Source: Camelus ferus (lineage: Eukaryota). From it: a stretch of DNA of 64,000 nucleotides. Every line of letters begins with the position of its first letter. Positions within the stretch are counted from its first letter, which is position 1. A program made the translations under genes and the position numbers. Below are positions 62,400-64,000 of the stretch, in pieces. A model generated the notes under the pieces. The model was given only the letters and a program-made list of their open reading frames with translations, searched no databases and was not told the origin of the DNA. The stretch spans positions 3,908,001-3,972,000 of the forward strand of contig NC_045697.1 in NCBI RefSeq assembly GCF_009834535.1, written 5' to 3'.

Positions 62400-64000
62400 T
62401 TTGGATCTCAGGATGCCAGACAGATCAACAATTAAATAATACATTTAATGCTGGGGACATCACTTGAAGCAAGGTGACAAGCTGGTACTCATTCAATGAA
62501 GATCCACCAAGACAATGAGGAGACTTGAAGCAACGGCCAAAAGAACTACGTGAGAGTCTAAGGCAGCTGGAGTTCACAGGAGAAAGTACCAGAGAGGAGA
62601 GAGCTGCACAGAGAAAGAACACCAGAGGTCTGCAAAGGGTTGCTCTTAAGCATTCAGCAGAGTGTTAATCAGGGCTTGCATGTGAGGAACCAGCCAAGGC
62701 ACAGGAAAGGATCACCGTAAAGGAAAGCAGGGAACAGGACCTGAGGCTCAGCATGGCTGGACGGTGCCTGCTTCCCAGCAGCCAGACTGGAAACCCCCCA
62801 AACCAGGACACACAAGGCAGAGCACTCAAAAGGTCTGCTCTTAGTGTTGAGGAAGAGCTAGCTCTATACCAAACACTGCTCCTGTTCGCCTGACAAATCT
62901 TAAAAGTAAGGCCCTAAAGAATCAAACTGTTTCCAAGCAATTTCACTATGGTCCCAGAACAACGCTCAAGAAATTTATAGGAATACAAAACTATCTACCA
63001 CATAAAATTCCTAATGTTTGGCATTCAATCAAAAATTAGCAGGTATGCAAAGAAGTGAGATATGAAGGGAGTGGAAATGAAAAAAAAATTAATTGAAACC
63101 AATCCAAAATTGACACAAAAGTTAGAATTAGCAGGAAAAGACTTTAAAACAGTTATTATGACTACATTCATGTTTGAAAAGTAGAGAATGAAAGATATAA
63201 AATCAAGTATTTAAAGATGAAAACCACAATGTCTGAGATTAAAAATATAGGATTGTGATTAATGGCAGATTAGACATGTGAGTAGAAAAGACCACTGAAT
63301 CTTAAAACCACAAACACACACACTACATAAAATCAAATAGAAGAATTTTTAAAAATTAACAATGTTTCAGTGATCTGTGTGATAACTTTAAGAAATCTAA
63401 CATGTAACTGAAAGAAAGAAGGGGACAGAAAAAAAAAATCTGAAAGAATAATGCCAAAATTTTTCCAAAATTGATGAAAACTAAAACACAGAGGTCCAAG
63501 AAATTCACTGAATTTAAGCACCAGAAACATGTAGAAATCAACACCTGGACACACCATTAAAAAAAACCCTATTTAAACCAGTGATAAACAGGAAAATCTC
63601 AAAGTCACCAGAGAAAAAAGAAACATTAGGTAAAACAGAATCAAAATAAGGATGACATCAGCTTTCTTGTTGGAAACAATGCAAATGAGAAGATAATGGG
63701 GCCAAAACTTTACTGAAAAAAAAAAAAAAAACAACCACCACCCTGTCAACTGAGAAGTCTATACTCATTAAAAACACATTTCAAAATGAAGGTGAAACAA
63801 ACTTTTTCAGACGTGAGAAAGCTGAAAGAATTCACCACCAGCAAACTTGCCCTAAAGGAAATGTTAAAGGAAGTCCTTTAAGCAGAAGGAAAATGATACC
63901 AGAACAAAGTGAGAATCCTCACAAAGGTACAAAGAGCACCAGAAACAGCAACTGCATTTTTCTTGTTATTTACGTAACTTTAAGGTAATCGAGTATTGAA
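62400..64000 (+). mobile_element. Old L1 5' UTR and degenerate ORF1 region, running off the window
   Basis: ORF1-like motifs aaaatctgaaagaataatgccaaaatttttccaaaattgatgaaa, ataaggatgacatcagctttctt and gaattcaccaccagcaaacttgccctaaaggaaatgttaaaggaagtcctt. Confidence 0.75.

Noticed and set aside
1..64000. CRISPR arrays, operons or other prokaryote-type systems
   Set aside because: The sequence is spliced mammalian DNA with no regularly spaced repeat-spacer structure or dense gene packing.

Overview
Mammalian genomic DNA, most likely a camelid, judged from the tRNA-derived Vic-1-type SINEs and cetartiodactyl-type L1 3' ends. The window holds the complete coding region of KIAA0232 on the minus strand. 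Eight coding exons can be delimited by GT-AG sites (60678-60448, 42769-42632, 30272-30206, 29049-28968, 26985-23703, 17422-17314, 12832-12735, 10679-10500). They join in frame to 4188 nt (1395 aa plus stop) and are followed by a 3' UTR of about 2.3 kb with AATAAA at 8245-8240. The promoter and first non-coding exon(s) lie beyond the right edge. The left ~8 kb is GC-rich intergenic DNA, and the introns are rich in L1, L2, MIR, MaLR and hAT relics. Nearly all other ORFs in the track are chance or repeat-derived. The most notable observations are: (1) an L1 insertion whose target-site duplication (TSD) encloses about 215 bp of extra 3' sequence, a likely 3' transduction; (2) a TSD-flanked, tailless retrocopy of a tRNA-Gly 5' half; (3) a TSD-flanked L1 derivative lacking ORF2; (4) a 269-nt leader with 10 upstream AUGs and a frame open from the splice acceptor; (5) a predicted PWI/CCDC43-like helical domain at the KIAA0232 N-terminus; and (6) candidate NMD-coupled splicing switches. 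Repeat family names and comparisons with human or consensus sequences are from memory and were not computed. No CRISPR array, intact RNA gene or clearly novel multi-gene system is supported.
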